Source: Azolla caroliniana
Taxonomy: Eukaryota > Plantae > Polypodiophyta
Assembly: GCA_043228905.1 (NCBI GenBank)
Contig: JBHGNT010000007.1
Location: 12,028,001 to 12,092,000, forward strand
DNA: 64,000 nucleotides
Reading direction: 5' to 3'
Position numbers and translations under genes: made by a program. This document shows, in pieces, positions 52,601 through 64,000 of the stretch. The notes beneath the pieces are model-generated. The model was not told the origin of the DNA. It worked only from the letters and a program-made list of their open reading frames with translations, and made no database searches. The number at the start of each line of letters is the position of its first letter. The stretch's first letter is position 1.

Positions 52601-53749
52601 GCTCTTTGGTGTTCTCCTTCTGTTGCGCAAGTTCTGCTACGTTTTTCTCATTGGCCTTTTTTACCCATTCCGTTGCTTGTTTCCGGATGGCCTCTTGTGT
52701 CTCCCATTTCGTAGTCTTCCCCTTCGACCTTGTGGTGACCTACTGGAGGTCTGCGACTTCGGCGACTACCATGTTTACTGCCGGTCGCTTATCTTAGCTT
52801 TTTGCCGGACATTGATTACTATAATGTCCTTCTTGCCGGCAGTAATAGCAATATGCTTTCCGGGTGTTGCTAGACTCGGCATTGTTTCCTTTACCCGGTG
52901 GAGGACTTGTGGTAACTGCGGGGCTCTGGTCTGGTTGGCTGCTTGAGGCGCCTTTTTCCGGTTCACGTGGGTGGCTCCCGTTTTTGAAATGTCGTTTTTT
53001 ATTAAAGTTCTTTTTGTTGCGGTACCCTTGCCGGGCTTGGTCGTCATACCTCTCGTACTCTTCCCGTTGTTGGTGATACTCGGGGAAGTGATCCCGGTTG
53101 TGATGCTCGTACCGTCCATTGTATTCTCGGTACTTGTTGTATCTCTTGTAACGGTCGTAGTTGTCTCACCGATTGTCGTACCGGACATCTTGTGCCGGTC
53201 GATATCGCTCCTCTCGTCGCCAGCGTTCGTCTTCTTCGTCCCGGCTGCTACGTGGCTCGATTTGCCGGACTGGTGGAGCTTGCCGATTCAATAAGTTATA
53301 TTCGCACCGATCCATCGTGTGGCTCGTAGATTGGCAGAGTAAGCAGTGCGTCCTCATGGTGCACTCCAGTGACGAGTGTCCGGAATTCAAGCAAGTCGTG
53401 CATTGGATTGCTTGCTGGAAACAGAGATCCTCATTGGTTGGTAATGCTTGTTGGAGGGCTCCCATTGTTAGCCAACAACTTGTTTTCTCCATTTCTCGAA
53501 CCCGGTCGATGACCTGGTCGACGGTGCTTGTGCGTAAGTCAATGACCATGCATACCGTTCGTAGAGGTTCCTGGAGCGCGGCTAAAAATATAGCCCGTGT
53601 TTCTTCCTCCGGAGGTGCACGGGTTAGCTGACTATGCATCCATTCATCGGGGTCCTGCCGAATTGTGTAAAACTAGCCCACCATTTCTCGTAGATCCACC
53701 TCCTTCTGGAAGAAGTGCAAGAATTTGTCTTTCAGGTCCGCAAAGGTGG
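52601..53749 (-). pseudogene. Element I gag, C-terminal part with Cys/His knuckles
   Basis: CTTCLNSGHSSLEC..CLLCQSTSHTMDRC plus a further CYYC-type knuckle near 52850. Confidence 0.8.
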
Positions 53750-54045
53750 TGTCATGATATGGCAAGACTCGAACCCATGACCTTAACTTATATGGGTTGA
53801 GCTCTTGACCATTAGATCATCTATTGTAATACGTAGGATATTATTTTCATTTACATTTTATTATAGGAAATTAGTGTATATTCCAGAGTTCTCTGGAACA
53901 TTCTAGAAACTTTAGGATTACTCCTGAAAACACTATAAAAGAGAGCACTAGGCATTATGTTGAACCAAATTGGTTCAACGCTAGTCTTAAACCTTTTAGC
54001 CACCATTGTATATTCTCTTCATATAATACATATCTTTCTTATCAT

Positions 54046-54090
<45 letters not shown>

Positions 54091-54268
54091 CGTCTCGCTC
54101 ACTTCTTCCTTCTCTCGAAGAAGTTCTACACCTCTCATAGTACTAATCCTTCGTTTAGTACTAATTCCTTCTCTGTCTCAGTACTGTTCCTGACAGTTTG
54201 AACCAATTTTCCTACCTTCTGTCTCTTTCATTTCCTACTAATCGTTTATTCCTCTTTTCTTTCATCCC

Positions 54269-55420
54269 ATGGCCACTGTTAGCGCTGAAGAATATCAATC
54301 TGTTTTCTCAAAATTTCAATGCTTGAAGGAGAAGTTCCATGCTTTGGAACAAGAAAACCAACGGTTGCTGGGGGATCTTCAGCAAATCTCCTTAGAAAAG
54401 TAGCAAACGCAACAACAGCATGGGGAACTTGCGTTACGCGTGCAACAACTCGAAGCAACCATTGTAGCGATGCAACAACAAGGGCCCAGAACACAAGGGA
54501 TTCATAAAGAACCCAAGATTGGCCTTCCCACGAAGTTCGATGGAACGCGATCGCAGTTTAGAGGGTTCCTTAACTAGGTACGATTAGTTATTCAAATGCA
54601 TCCTTCCCGATATCCCACCGATGCATCACGAGTGGGTTTAGTAGGCACTTTGTTAAGTGGCTCAGCGTTGTCATGGTTCGCTCCACTATTAGAAAAGGAA
54701 TCTCCGTTACTCAACAATTTTGAAGAGTTTCTAGGGGAGTTTAAAGCATGTTTCGGAGATACTGACAGCATCAGGACCGCAATCAACAAAATCCGGTGAT
54801 TACGCCAAGGTGACCGTCCAGCCTCCGCATACGCTGCAGATTTTCGCCTACTCGCTGCTGATATCCCTTGGGATGATCAAGCGTTGATGGTGCAATTCCG
54901 TTATGGTTTATGCAACGACGTCAAGGATTTACTCTTGACCTTCCCCGAAGAGCCAAAGTCCTTAACAGAAGCAATCAGTCGCGCGGTGAGATGTGACAAC
55001 CGCCTCTTTGAGTGACGTTCGGAACGACAGCTACAGATGCCGAGGGCAAGATCAGAGCCCACCTACGCCTCAGTGGTAGCAAGACCTTTTCCGAGGGAGT
55101 CATATAATGCGCCTCCAGGGAATACTCCGACTCCGATGGAGAATGACACTGCACGTCGTCGAGGGCCATTATCTGAAGAAGAAAAGCAGCGACGTCGTCG
55201 AGGGCCATTATGTCTTTACTGCGGTGGACCAGGACATATCGCAATAAATTGCCCCCATAGGCCAAGAAGATAGGTAAACCAAATAGTCGCTAGTTCTAAT
55301 TGTACTAAACTCGAGCCTATTTTAGTAGGGATATTTGATAGTCCTAATAGTACTAATATCCCAGATCTAGCAAACAAATTTGATGTCCTTAGTCAGTTAG
55401 AAGAAGAGTTAAACGACTAA
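54269..55420 (+). pseudogene. D3 gag (Sushi/Tf1-like), several stops
   Basis: EPKIGLPTKFDGTRSQFRGFL, LSGSALSWF and CLYCGGPGHIAINC. Confidence 0.88.
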
Positions 55421-55452
55421 GTCCAGCCAAAATAGGAGCCGTTTGGTTGGAC
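55408..55452 (+). promoter_or_regulatory. Putative -1 ribosomal frameshift signal (G TTA AAC, 6-nt spacer, 11-bp stem-loop)
   Basis: Pol is in the -1 frame relative to gag. gtccagccaaa pairs with tttggttggac. Conserved in D2 at ~32531-32577. Confidence 0.72.
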
Positions 55453-58400
55453 AGCCCTAGATCTGTGCAACCCATTAGTGGTTCCATTCCCTCTAAGCAA
55501 GTTAGTGATGTGTTCGTAGCCCAAGTAATAGTTAGTACTAAAAGTACCCCTCCAGTACATGTCCTAGCACTCCTAGATTCCGGAGCTAACTCTTGCTTTA
55601 TGGATAAGAAATTTGCTCAAGCTCATAAGATATCCCTAAGAAAACTCCAGTGTCCAGCCTCTGTAGTAGTCATTGATGGACGTCCCATTGCTTCCTAAAA
55701 TATCATAGAAGAGTCAGAGCCCATTAATATTGTCCTAGATAACTTAGCATGTGTAGTATCATTTAATATTATTACTATCCCAGAACATCCTATAGTTTTA
55801 GGATTACCTTGGTTCGAGTTAAATAACCCAGACATAGATTGGAGAACAAGAGCAATCCGGTGTCGACAAACCCAAGGGTCAACTCAGAAGATGGCAACCA
55901 TTTCGCTACGTCAGTTGCGTAAAGAAGGGCGCAAGGAGGAAATGTTCCTCTTTGCAATATTAGTAAACCCGTCCAACACCACTAAAGAAGAATCCACCGT
56001 TCAACTTCCCCAGAAGTATCGTCATTTCGCCGATGTGTTCGATAAAGTACAAGCCAACACAGTTCCTCATCATCAACCGTACGATTGCCCCAACGATTTA
56101 CAACCGGGAAAAGAGCCGCCATGGGGACCGATCTACAATTTGTCACCAACCGAGCTGGAAGTCCTTCGGGCCTATATAGAGGAGAATTTGGAAAATGGTT
56201 TCATTCGGCATTCGAAATCTCCAGCCGGCGCGCCCATTTTCTTCGTCAAGAAAAAGGATGGATCGCTTCGTCTCGTTGTAGATTACCGTGGCTTGAATAA
56301 GGTTACAATCAGGAATAGGTATGCTCTTCCCCTTATCTCAAGTCTTTTAGAACGGATCAATGGTGCCAGGTTCTTCACGAAGATCGACTTACGGGGGGGA
56401 GCATATAATCTCGTACGGATCCGACCAGGAGACGAATGGAAGACCGCGTTTCGCGCCAGATATGGGCACTTCGAGTATACAGTCATGCCGTTCAGCCTCA
56501 CTAATGCGCCGGCAGTCTTCCAGCACATGGCTAATGATATATTCCGAGATCTATTGGATTATTGTTTGATCATCTATTTGGATGATCTACTGGTTTATTC
56601 AAAGACCCAAGAAGAACATGATTCTCATGTACTATTAGTACTAAAACGACATCGAGAACATGGTCTGTATGCAAAGCTGGAAAAATGTAGTTTCGGATGC
56701 AACCAAGTGGAATTTCTCGGCTACATCATTTCGTCAGAAGGCATCTCCATGGACCTAGCTAAGGTCAAAACAGTGGTAGAATGGCAGACTCCGCGTTCGG
56801 TGCGGGATGTGCAATGCTTCCTAGGCTTTGCCAATTTTTACCGGAAGTTCATACAAGATTACTCAAAGATCGTTCTACCTCTCACACAACTTACCAGGAA
56901 GGGACAACCGTTCATCTCGTCTGAAGAAACGGACATGGCTTTCGAGAGTCTTAAAAAGGCATTTACATCGGCTCCAATTCTAGCTCATGTCGATCAGGAA
57001 AAACCATTCATTATTGAAGCTGACGCATTGGATTTTGCATTGGGGAGCATTCTGTCACAACAGGGGAATGATGAGAAGCTACATCCTGTGGCTTTTCACT
57101 CACGCAAGTTTGACGCCGCCGAAATCAACTACGAAATTCATGATAAGGAGCTATTGGCAATAGTGGATTCTTTTATGCAATGGAGGCATTTTCTGGAGGG
57201 ATCCTCTCATCCAGTCATTGTATTTAGTGACCACAAGAATCTTGCCTACTTTCAGGATGCTCGTGTATTGAATCGATGTCAAGCTCGATGGGCCCACTTC
57301 CTCACGCGTTTCAACTTCAAAATTACATATCGTCCGGGGAGGCACCAAGGGAAGGCAGATGCGTTATCACGTCATTCGTATCTAGCACCCCGTCCCAGTG
57401 AGCCAGCTTTCGATAACCAAAAACAAGTCATCTTGGGACCGACACGACTACAAGCAACAAAGATCTTTGACATGCCTCTGGATTCCCGCGTTATCGATAC
57501 CATATGTGAAGACTTGAAGACAGATGTGTTCGCCCAAGCTATACTAGCACAAATTGATCCCTCTCGAGCGTCGTGTTCACTGTCACAACCACCAGGTACG
57601 GACTATCGGCAATTCAAATACCATGATGGATTACTCTTCTGTAAAGAACTTTTGTATGTTCCTAATGGTTCTTGCCGCCTTCGAGTAGTACAAAACTGTC
57701 ATGACACATATACAGCTAGGCATTTTGGTAGTACTAAAACATTACATTTAGTACAACGATCATTTTGGTGGCCCTGTATGCGACAATTTGTCGAGGATTT
57801 TGTTCGGACTTGTGATACATGTTGCAGAGCGAAAATGCCAAGGCATCATCCATATGGTTTATTAGAACCATTACCAAGTCCAAGCAAGCCGTGGCAATCC
57901 ATTGCTCTAGACTTCATCACAGATCTTCCAGTCTCTAAAGGGTTCAATGCGATTCTAACGGTGGTCGATCGATATACGAAGATGGCTCATTTCTTGTCAT
58001 GTACTAAGGAGATCTCCAGTGAAGACACTGCGAAATTGTCATGCGTGAAGTATGTCAGCATCATGGACTTCTCGATAGTACCATCAGCGACCGTGGACCC
58101 CAGTTCGTGTCAAAATTCTGGAAGCACCTCTTTAACATGCCCAAGGTCACTTGTAACCTCTCCTCCGGCTACCACCCACAAACCGACGACCAAGCTGAAC
58201 GAACAAATCAAACGTTGGAGCAGTATCTGCGGTGCTTTCTCAACTATCATCAGGATGATTGGGCAGATATTCTCCACTTCGCCGAATTTGCCTATAACAA
58301 CTCTATCCACGCATCCACTAAAGTTACGCCATTTTATGCTTATACGGGATGTCACCCCCGGTGGAGTGTACTTGAAACCCCAGAGGTGTCCATAAATCCG

Positions 58401-59006
58401 TGCGCGGAGTATCATTTGGAGCGGTTACGCAAGATACAAGCGGATTTATCTACTCATCTCCAACAAGCTCAACAAACACACAAGGTCTACGCGGATCGTC
58501 ATCGACTTCCATCCAGTTTTAATATTGGAGATCGGGTGTGGCTGCTACGACGACACATCAAGACTACTTGCCCATGTGAGAAGTTGGATTATCGGCGATT
58601 AGGTCCTTTCCGTATTATTGGACAGATTAATGATGTCGCTTTTCGTCTCGATCTACCTCCTCAACTTCGGATACATCCGGTGTTTCAAAGTTCTCTCCTC
58701 GAACCCTACCACGAGAGCACCATCCCAGAACGTCTTATCCAACCTCCACCCCCGATCGAGCTTGAAGATGGGCCGGAGTACGAGGTTACCGCCATCCTTG
58801 ATTCCAAGATTGTTCGTAACAAGCTCTACTATCTAGTCGATTGGCTAGGCTATAGTCCCAGCGAGCGTACTTGGAAACTGATTGAGAATGTGACCAATGC
58901 TCGTGCTCTTCTTGAAGCCTTCCATCGTCAATATCCACACAAACCGGGTCCTCAATCCAAGATGACTCGTGACACTCGTCGTTTTAAAGGGGGGATAGTG
59001 TCATGA
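55415..59006 (+). pseudogene. D3 pol (PR-RT-RH-INT-chromodomain); stop at 55696 and frameshift near 58035
   Basis: [39 protein letters not shown] and EYEVTAILDSK..LVDWLGY. Confidence 0.93.
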
Positions 59007-59432
59007 TATGGCAAAACTCGAACCCATGACCTTAGGTTATATGGGTCGAGCTCTTGACCATTAGATCATCTATTGTAATACGTAAAATATTATTTTCATT
59101 TACATTTTATTATAGGAAATTAGTGTATATTCCAGAGTTCTCTTGAACATTCTAGAAACTTTAGGATTACTCCTGAAAACACTATAAAAGAGGGCACTAG
59201 GCATTATGTTGAACCAAATTGGTTCAACGCCAGTCTTAAACCTTTTAGCCACCATTGTATATTCTCTTCATATAATACATATCTTTCTTATCATCACTCA
59301 CTCTCTCTCTCTCTCTCTCTTTCTCTCCGTCTCGCTCACTTCTTCCTTCTCTCGAAGAAGTTCTACACCTCTCATAGTACTAATCCTTCGTTTAGTACTA
59401 ATTCCTTCTCTGTCTCAGTACTGTTCCTGACA

Positions 59433-60218
59433 GGTGGTGATGGTGCTGAGATCCTGCGTCCGGTGCCATCTGGCAGCCGGTCCTTCTAATGTCACGCCGA
59501 AGTCGGCTATCTTAGATCGTTCTTCTTCTGCCGCGGTTAACCATTGTGACACATGGTTTGCTTCCCATGTTTGTTCAAATACGTGAATGTGAACCTCCGC
59601 GTCCGGGTCATCCCGATACTTGGAGTATTGGAACAGCATATCGTCGTCCGGTGTCGGTACGCGGTCTGGTGGTTTTGGTAGTCTTTCCTACTGTTTCGCC
59701 GGCGTCTGAGGTCTTTGCCGGTTTTCCTTTGGTGTTGCCGGCTCAACTTCTGATGTTGGAGGTTTTTGCCGGTGTACTTCCGTCTCTGGAGGTTGCTCCC
59801 CAACGAGTGCCGGAAGTTCTTGGTCTGCCAACTCTGGTTCCGGTGTCGGTAAAGTATCCGACTCCTCGTCCTCCGGTCTTCCTGGGGTGTCGTTACTGCT
59901 GCGATAGTTCGTATGCGCGCGGTAACCCCCTTCCGAATCCGATTCCAGTGCTGAGAATGCTTCAGACTCGCCTTCTCTTCCGGCCAGGGCCTGGAGAAGG
60001 GTTTCCGCTTCCCGGAGGCTGCTTAAGCTGCTTCCTTCGTCCGGGTAGGCGTTTTGTTGCAGACGAAGCAACTCCTCCGCCACTTTCCGGATCACTTTGG
60101 AAAATGATCGATCCGTTCGGATTTCTTCCGCTGCTTGCTGAAAAGCCTCTCGCTGTCGTCTCCGTTCAGCAAGTCTTCGTGCTCTCTCCGTAACCAGGTC
60201 GTCTGTTGGCCTCGTCAT
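59433..60218 (-). pseudogene. Element I gag, N-terminal part
   Basis: ATG about 40 nt after the PBS; YSKYRDDPDAEVHIHVFEQTWEAN...TLEGPAARWH. Confidence 0.8.
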
Positions 60219-60255
60219 CCATTCCTGCCGATGTTCTCTGCGATAATGCGGGAAT

Positions 60256-60266
60256 TGTGGTCGCCA
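60256..60266 (-). promoter_or_regulatory. PBS of element I (TGGCGACCACA), probably tRNA-Arg
   Basis: TGG-initiated motif 7 nt inside the 5' LTR; matches the 3' end of plant tRNA-Arg(UCG) as I recall it. Confidence 0.7.
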
Positions 60267-60273
60267 AAAACTG

Positions 60274-60743
60274 TGTTACTGCTAGGGCCGGACAACAGCC
60301 TAACACAGGGTGTCCACTTAAGACACGTCACCAAAGGGTGGTACGACAGAATGACTTACGGCACAATGCTTAATTAGACCTTAATCGACTACTTAGCCAT
60401 TCGTAATTAACACGCGTAAGATATGACAATAATCACAGAACGGTAATCAACACTTGAAGATTAAGACCATAAGCTTTATTAATTATCCGCTACTGATTAC
60501 ATTGTAACCAGGCCTTTATATAGGTTTCAGGTGCGAAATACAAAACGGTGCCAAACGGCACCTTTACGGAATCGTTCCGGATCCGGATCGGCATACCGAT
60601 TCCGGTCCATCCGTCCACATCTTCTTATATAATAATATGTATATATTAAGACTACTAATTCCAACAATTCCCGAATAACTATTCCTTTCACACTCTGGTT
60701 TGGAGTTTGGACCTCCTTTAGCCTTCTTTGCCGGCCGGTAACA
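60274..60743 (-). repeat. 5' LTR of element I
   Basis: Repeat of 38625-39093. Confidence 0.94.
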
Positions 60744-60748
60744 ACAAT

Positions 60749-63700
60749 TTTGTGAATGATCGTTTGGTTTAGATATGGGGAATCCAACACACCGTAAGTG
60801 ATCACACCTATACGCTGCACTTGGCTGATGGAAGAGTACAATACATCAACGGGGCGATTCATTCATTAGGAATTTCTATTGATACTTATATAGAGGAAGT
60901 AGACTTCCATGTAATGAATATTTGTACCACCGATGTAATACTGGGTTATCCCTGGTTTTATAATAAAAACTCTTCTTTATTTATTGCTTGGGTTCGCCAT
61001 TCCATTTCTTTTGTACTGAACGATTGTACGCATTTTATTCAGTGTGTAAAAAAACAATCCCTCTCGATTGTTTCCTCGTGTCCATCAATATCCGAGTTGT
61101 CTTGTTCTACGTTGTTTTATTGTGTACTTGATCCGGACATTCACGTTTACAATATTGATAATGTCCTGGTTCAATTAACATATTTAGAACAACAACTTGA
61201 TGAAATCTTAAATGATTTTCATGATGTTTTTCCAAGTGAACTACTTGATGGGTTACCTCCTAAACGTAATATAGACCATCGTATAGATATTGTACCTAGT
61301 GTTGCACCAATAAATATACCTCCGTATCGCTTGAGTAAATCTTCATGGGGTGCACCAGTTCTCTTGGTTAAAAAGAAAGAGGGCACATGGCGTATGTGTA
61401 TTAATTATCGACGCTTGAATAAAGTGACGATCAAGAATTCGTACCCATTGCCCCGGGCTGACAATCTAATTGACCGTCTCCAGGGAGCTCGGTATTTTAC
61501 GAAACTTGATCTCCATACTGGCTACCATCAAATACGAATAAGTGAGAACGATGTTCCTAAAACGGCATTTCGTACGCGCTATGGCCATTATGAGTTTTTG
61601 GTTATGCCTTTTGGTTGGACCAATGCTCCGGCTACATTTCAACAAGAAATGAATGACATTTTCCGAGAACAACTTGGAAAATTTGTCGTTATTTTCTTGG
61701 ATGATAGTTTAGTTTATAGCCGTACATTACAAGAACATGCTAGACATGTTCGCGTTGTTTTACAAACATTGCGTGACAAACAGTTTTATGCAAAGATCTC
61801 AAAATGTGAGTTCTTCAAGAAATCAATTACTTATCTAGGACATCTCATAACCGAACGAGGAGTTGAAATTGATCCTTCTCGCATTGAGAAAATCAAGCTT
61901 TGGACCACTCTTCGAAATATTCGAGAAGTTCAATCATTCCTTGGTTTTGTCGGGTTTTTGCGAAAGTCTCTTCGTAATTACTCCCAATTGACGACGCCGT
62001 TTACTAATCTTTTAAAAGGTTAAACGCGTAAGTCTACAAAACCTATTGTGTGGAATGCTACACTAGACCTCGCCTTTAAGGAACTCAAGGACCTGGTTTG
62101 CAAGGCTCCTTCACTTCTTTTACCTGATCCTTCAAAACCTTTTGAGGTTGAAATTGATGCAAGCGATTATGCTATAGGTGCTGTCTTGTATCAAGATGGT
62201 AAACCAATAGCATTCGAGAGTATAAAACTTGATTCTGCTCAATGTCGGTATACCGTTCAAGAAAAGGAATTATTTGCAGTTATACATGCGCTCAAAACAT
62301 GGCGCCATTATCTTTATGGAAATCGCTTTGTGGTAACTACGGACCACGAGTCCTTGAAATATTTTTGTGACCAACAAGACCTGAAAGGTCGTAAGGCACG
62401 ATGGGCTGATCTCATCCAGGACTTTGATTTTTCCATACGATATCGTAAAGGTTCCATGAACACTGTCGCTGATGCATTAAGTCGCATCCGTGAAGTTAAC
62501 ATGCTTAGCTTCATTGAAATAACATCAGATCTTTATGATCACCTTCGAGGAAAGTATCCTGATGACAGTTATTTTGCAAAATACTGGGCAAGAGTTGAGT
62601 CTGGAACAGACACCACCACATCCTCGAAGGAATACTTCCACATTGCTAACGGTTTGCTCTACCGTAATGGGAAGGTTTGTGTTCCAGATTTATCCGAGGT
62701 CAAAAAGAGGCTTTTTGAATGCCATGATGCACCCTCAGTAGGGCACCTTGGAATACATCGTACACTCATTCTCATCTCCACTCAATTTTATTGGCCTAAG
62801 ATGCGTCCTGACATACATAGCTATGTGACTAAATGTCACCAGTGTCAGGTTAACAAAGCCGAACGACTTAAAGCCGCAAGACTTTTACATCCCTTGGGCA
62901 TTCCCAATAATAAGTGGGAAAGTATATCCATGGATTTTATTGTTAGCCTTCCTCTCACCCAAAAAGGTCATGATGCCATCTGGGTTGTCGTTGATCGACT
63001 AACTAAAATGGCCAGATTTATTGCTACTAAAACCACGGTAACAGCTCCTGAATTGGCTTACCAATTCGTTGATGAATTGTTTCGTTTTTATGGGTTACCG
63101 ATGGATATTGTGAGTGATCGAGATCCAAAGTTTACTAGTGACTTCTAGAAGCAAGTCTTTAAGAAGTTAGAAACTACGTTGAGCATGAGCTCCACAGATC
63201 ATCCTCAATCCGATGGACAGATAGAACGAGCAAATCAAATTATTGAGGACATGCTTCGAGCATACGTTGGTGCAAAACCAACAAAATGGGAACGTTATCT
63301 CCCAATTTTGGAGTTTGCTTATAACAGCTCCAAGCATACGTCGACGGGATATATTCCTTTTATGTTGATGTATGGTTTTCAGCCACAAGCCCCGATTGAT
63401 GTTAATATACATCATGATGAGTTGCGAAGTACACAAAACTTTCTTCAGGATATGCAAGATATGTTGCATATTGCACGAGATAATATAAAAACAGCTCAAG
63501 ATAGAGCGCGTTTTTATGCCGATCATCATAGGCAACCTCATGTATTAAACCCTGGACAGAAGGTATTTTTACGTGTACCTCACAATTCTAAGACATTGTC
63601 TACGGGTAAGTGCGCTAAGTTAGCCCCACGGTTTTGTGGACCTTTTACAGTCCTCAAACGCATTGGGTCATCAGCCTATCGTCTTGCTCTTCCCGATGGT

Positions 63701-64000
63701 GTTGGAATTCATCCAGTCTTCCATGTGAGTCGTCTAAAAGAACTTCTAGGTTCTGGCGACAATACAGTTACAACTGAAACTCTGGTTACTTTTGAAGAAT
63801 TATCTTCTAAACCACATGTACCAGAAAGAATTCTCGATGTTAAAACAAAAACATTACGTACTAAAGAAATCCGAGAATTTAAAATAAAATGGATGGATAA
63901 ATCAATAAAAGATGCCACATGGGAACGCGAAAATACTCTTAGAACTAACTTCCCTAACTTTCCATTGCAAGAGTGCAATGTTTTAAAGAGGGGGAGTATG
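60749..64000 (+). pseudogene. H1 pol (PR-RT-RH-INT-chromodomain) with stops and a deletion near 61337
   Basis: Near-identical to H2 42638-45964. Confidence 0.94.

Larger units (their letters stand above)
53750..59432 (+). mobile_element. Chromovirus D3, full length, nested in the gag of I
   Basis: TSD GGTGG at 53745-53749 and 59433-59437. LTRs at 53750-54195 and 58999-59432. PPT at 58986-58998. Confidence 0.96.
38625..60743 (-). mobile_element. Non-chromovirus Ty3/gypsy element I (Athila/Tat-related) with an extra 3' ORF; hosts H2 and D3
   Basis: LTRs at 38625-39093 and 60274-60743. TSD ACAAT at 38620-38624 and 60744-60748. PBS TGGCGACCACA at 60256-60266. Confidence 0.93.
35509..64000 (+). 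mobile_element. Ty3/gypsy chromovirus H1 (older copy of family H), split by element I
   Basis: 5' LTR at 35509-35852 and PBS tggtatcaga. Gag-PR at 37529-38624, pol resumes at 60749. PPT aagagggggagta, and the 3' LTR TG begins at 63999. Confidence 0.93.

Overview
The whole window is a nest of plant LTR retrotransposons; I see no host gene. The element types suggest a non-seed plant such as a bryophyte, but that is inference. I resolved 11 elements. Five are Ty1/copia: A 1-10167; B 2850-8188 inside A; C 10209-14167; E 15592-20653; F 21927-26345. Four are Tf1/Sushi/Tcn1-like chromoviruses: D1, D2, D3 and G. Two copies (H1, H2) belong to a second chromovirus family, and one non-chromovirus gypsy (I) has a large extra ORF; H1 and H2 count as one family, so there are 12 insertions in all. 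Nesting reaches four levels, G > H1 > I > (H2, D3), supported by 5-bp TSDs where both ends are in the window. H2 (39401-46417) is intact, with LTRs identical by eye and a 1477-aa ORF. Three signals stand out. (1) D and G LTRs carry an antisense tRNA-like A-box/B-box cassette at the U3 end with canonical tRNA spacing. (2) D elements have no tRNA PBS but a 12-nt Tf1-type self-priming pair with a compensatory change, plus a -1 frameshift signal. (3) Family H has a 1.7-kb leader that looks like an intron removing the PBS and an array of five regularly spaced hairpins. All alignments were done by eye; functional claims are inference.
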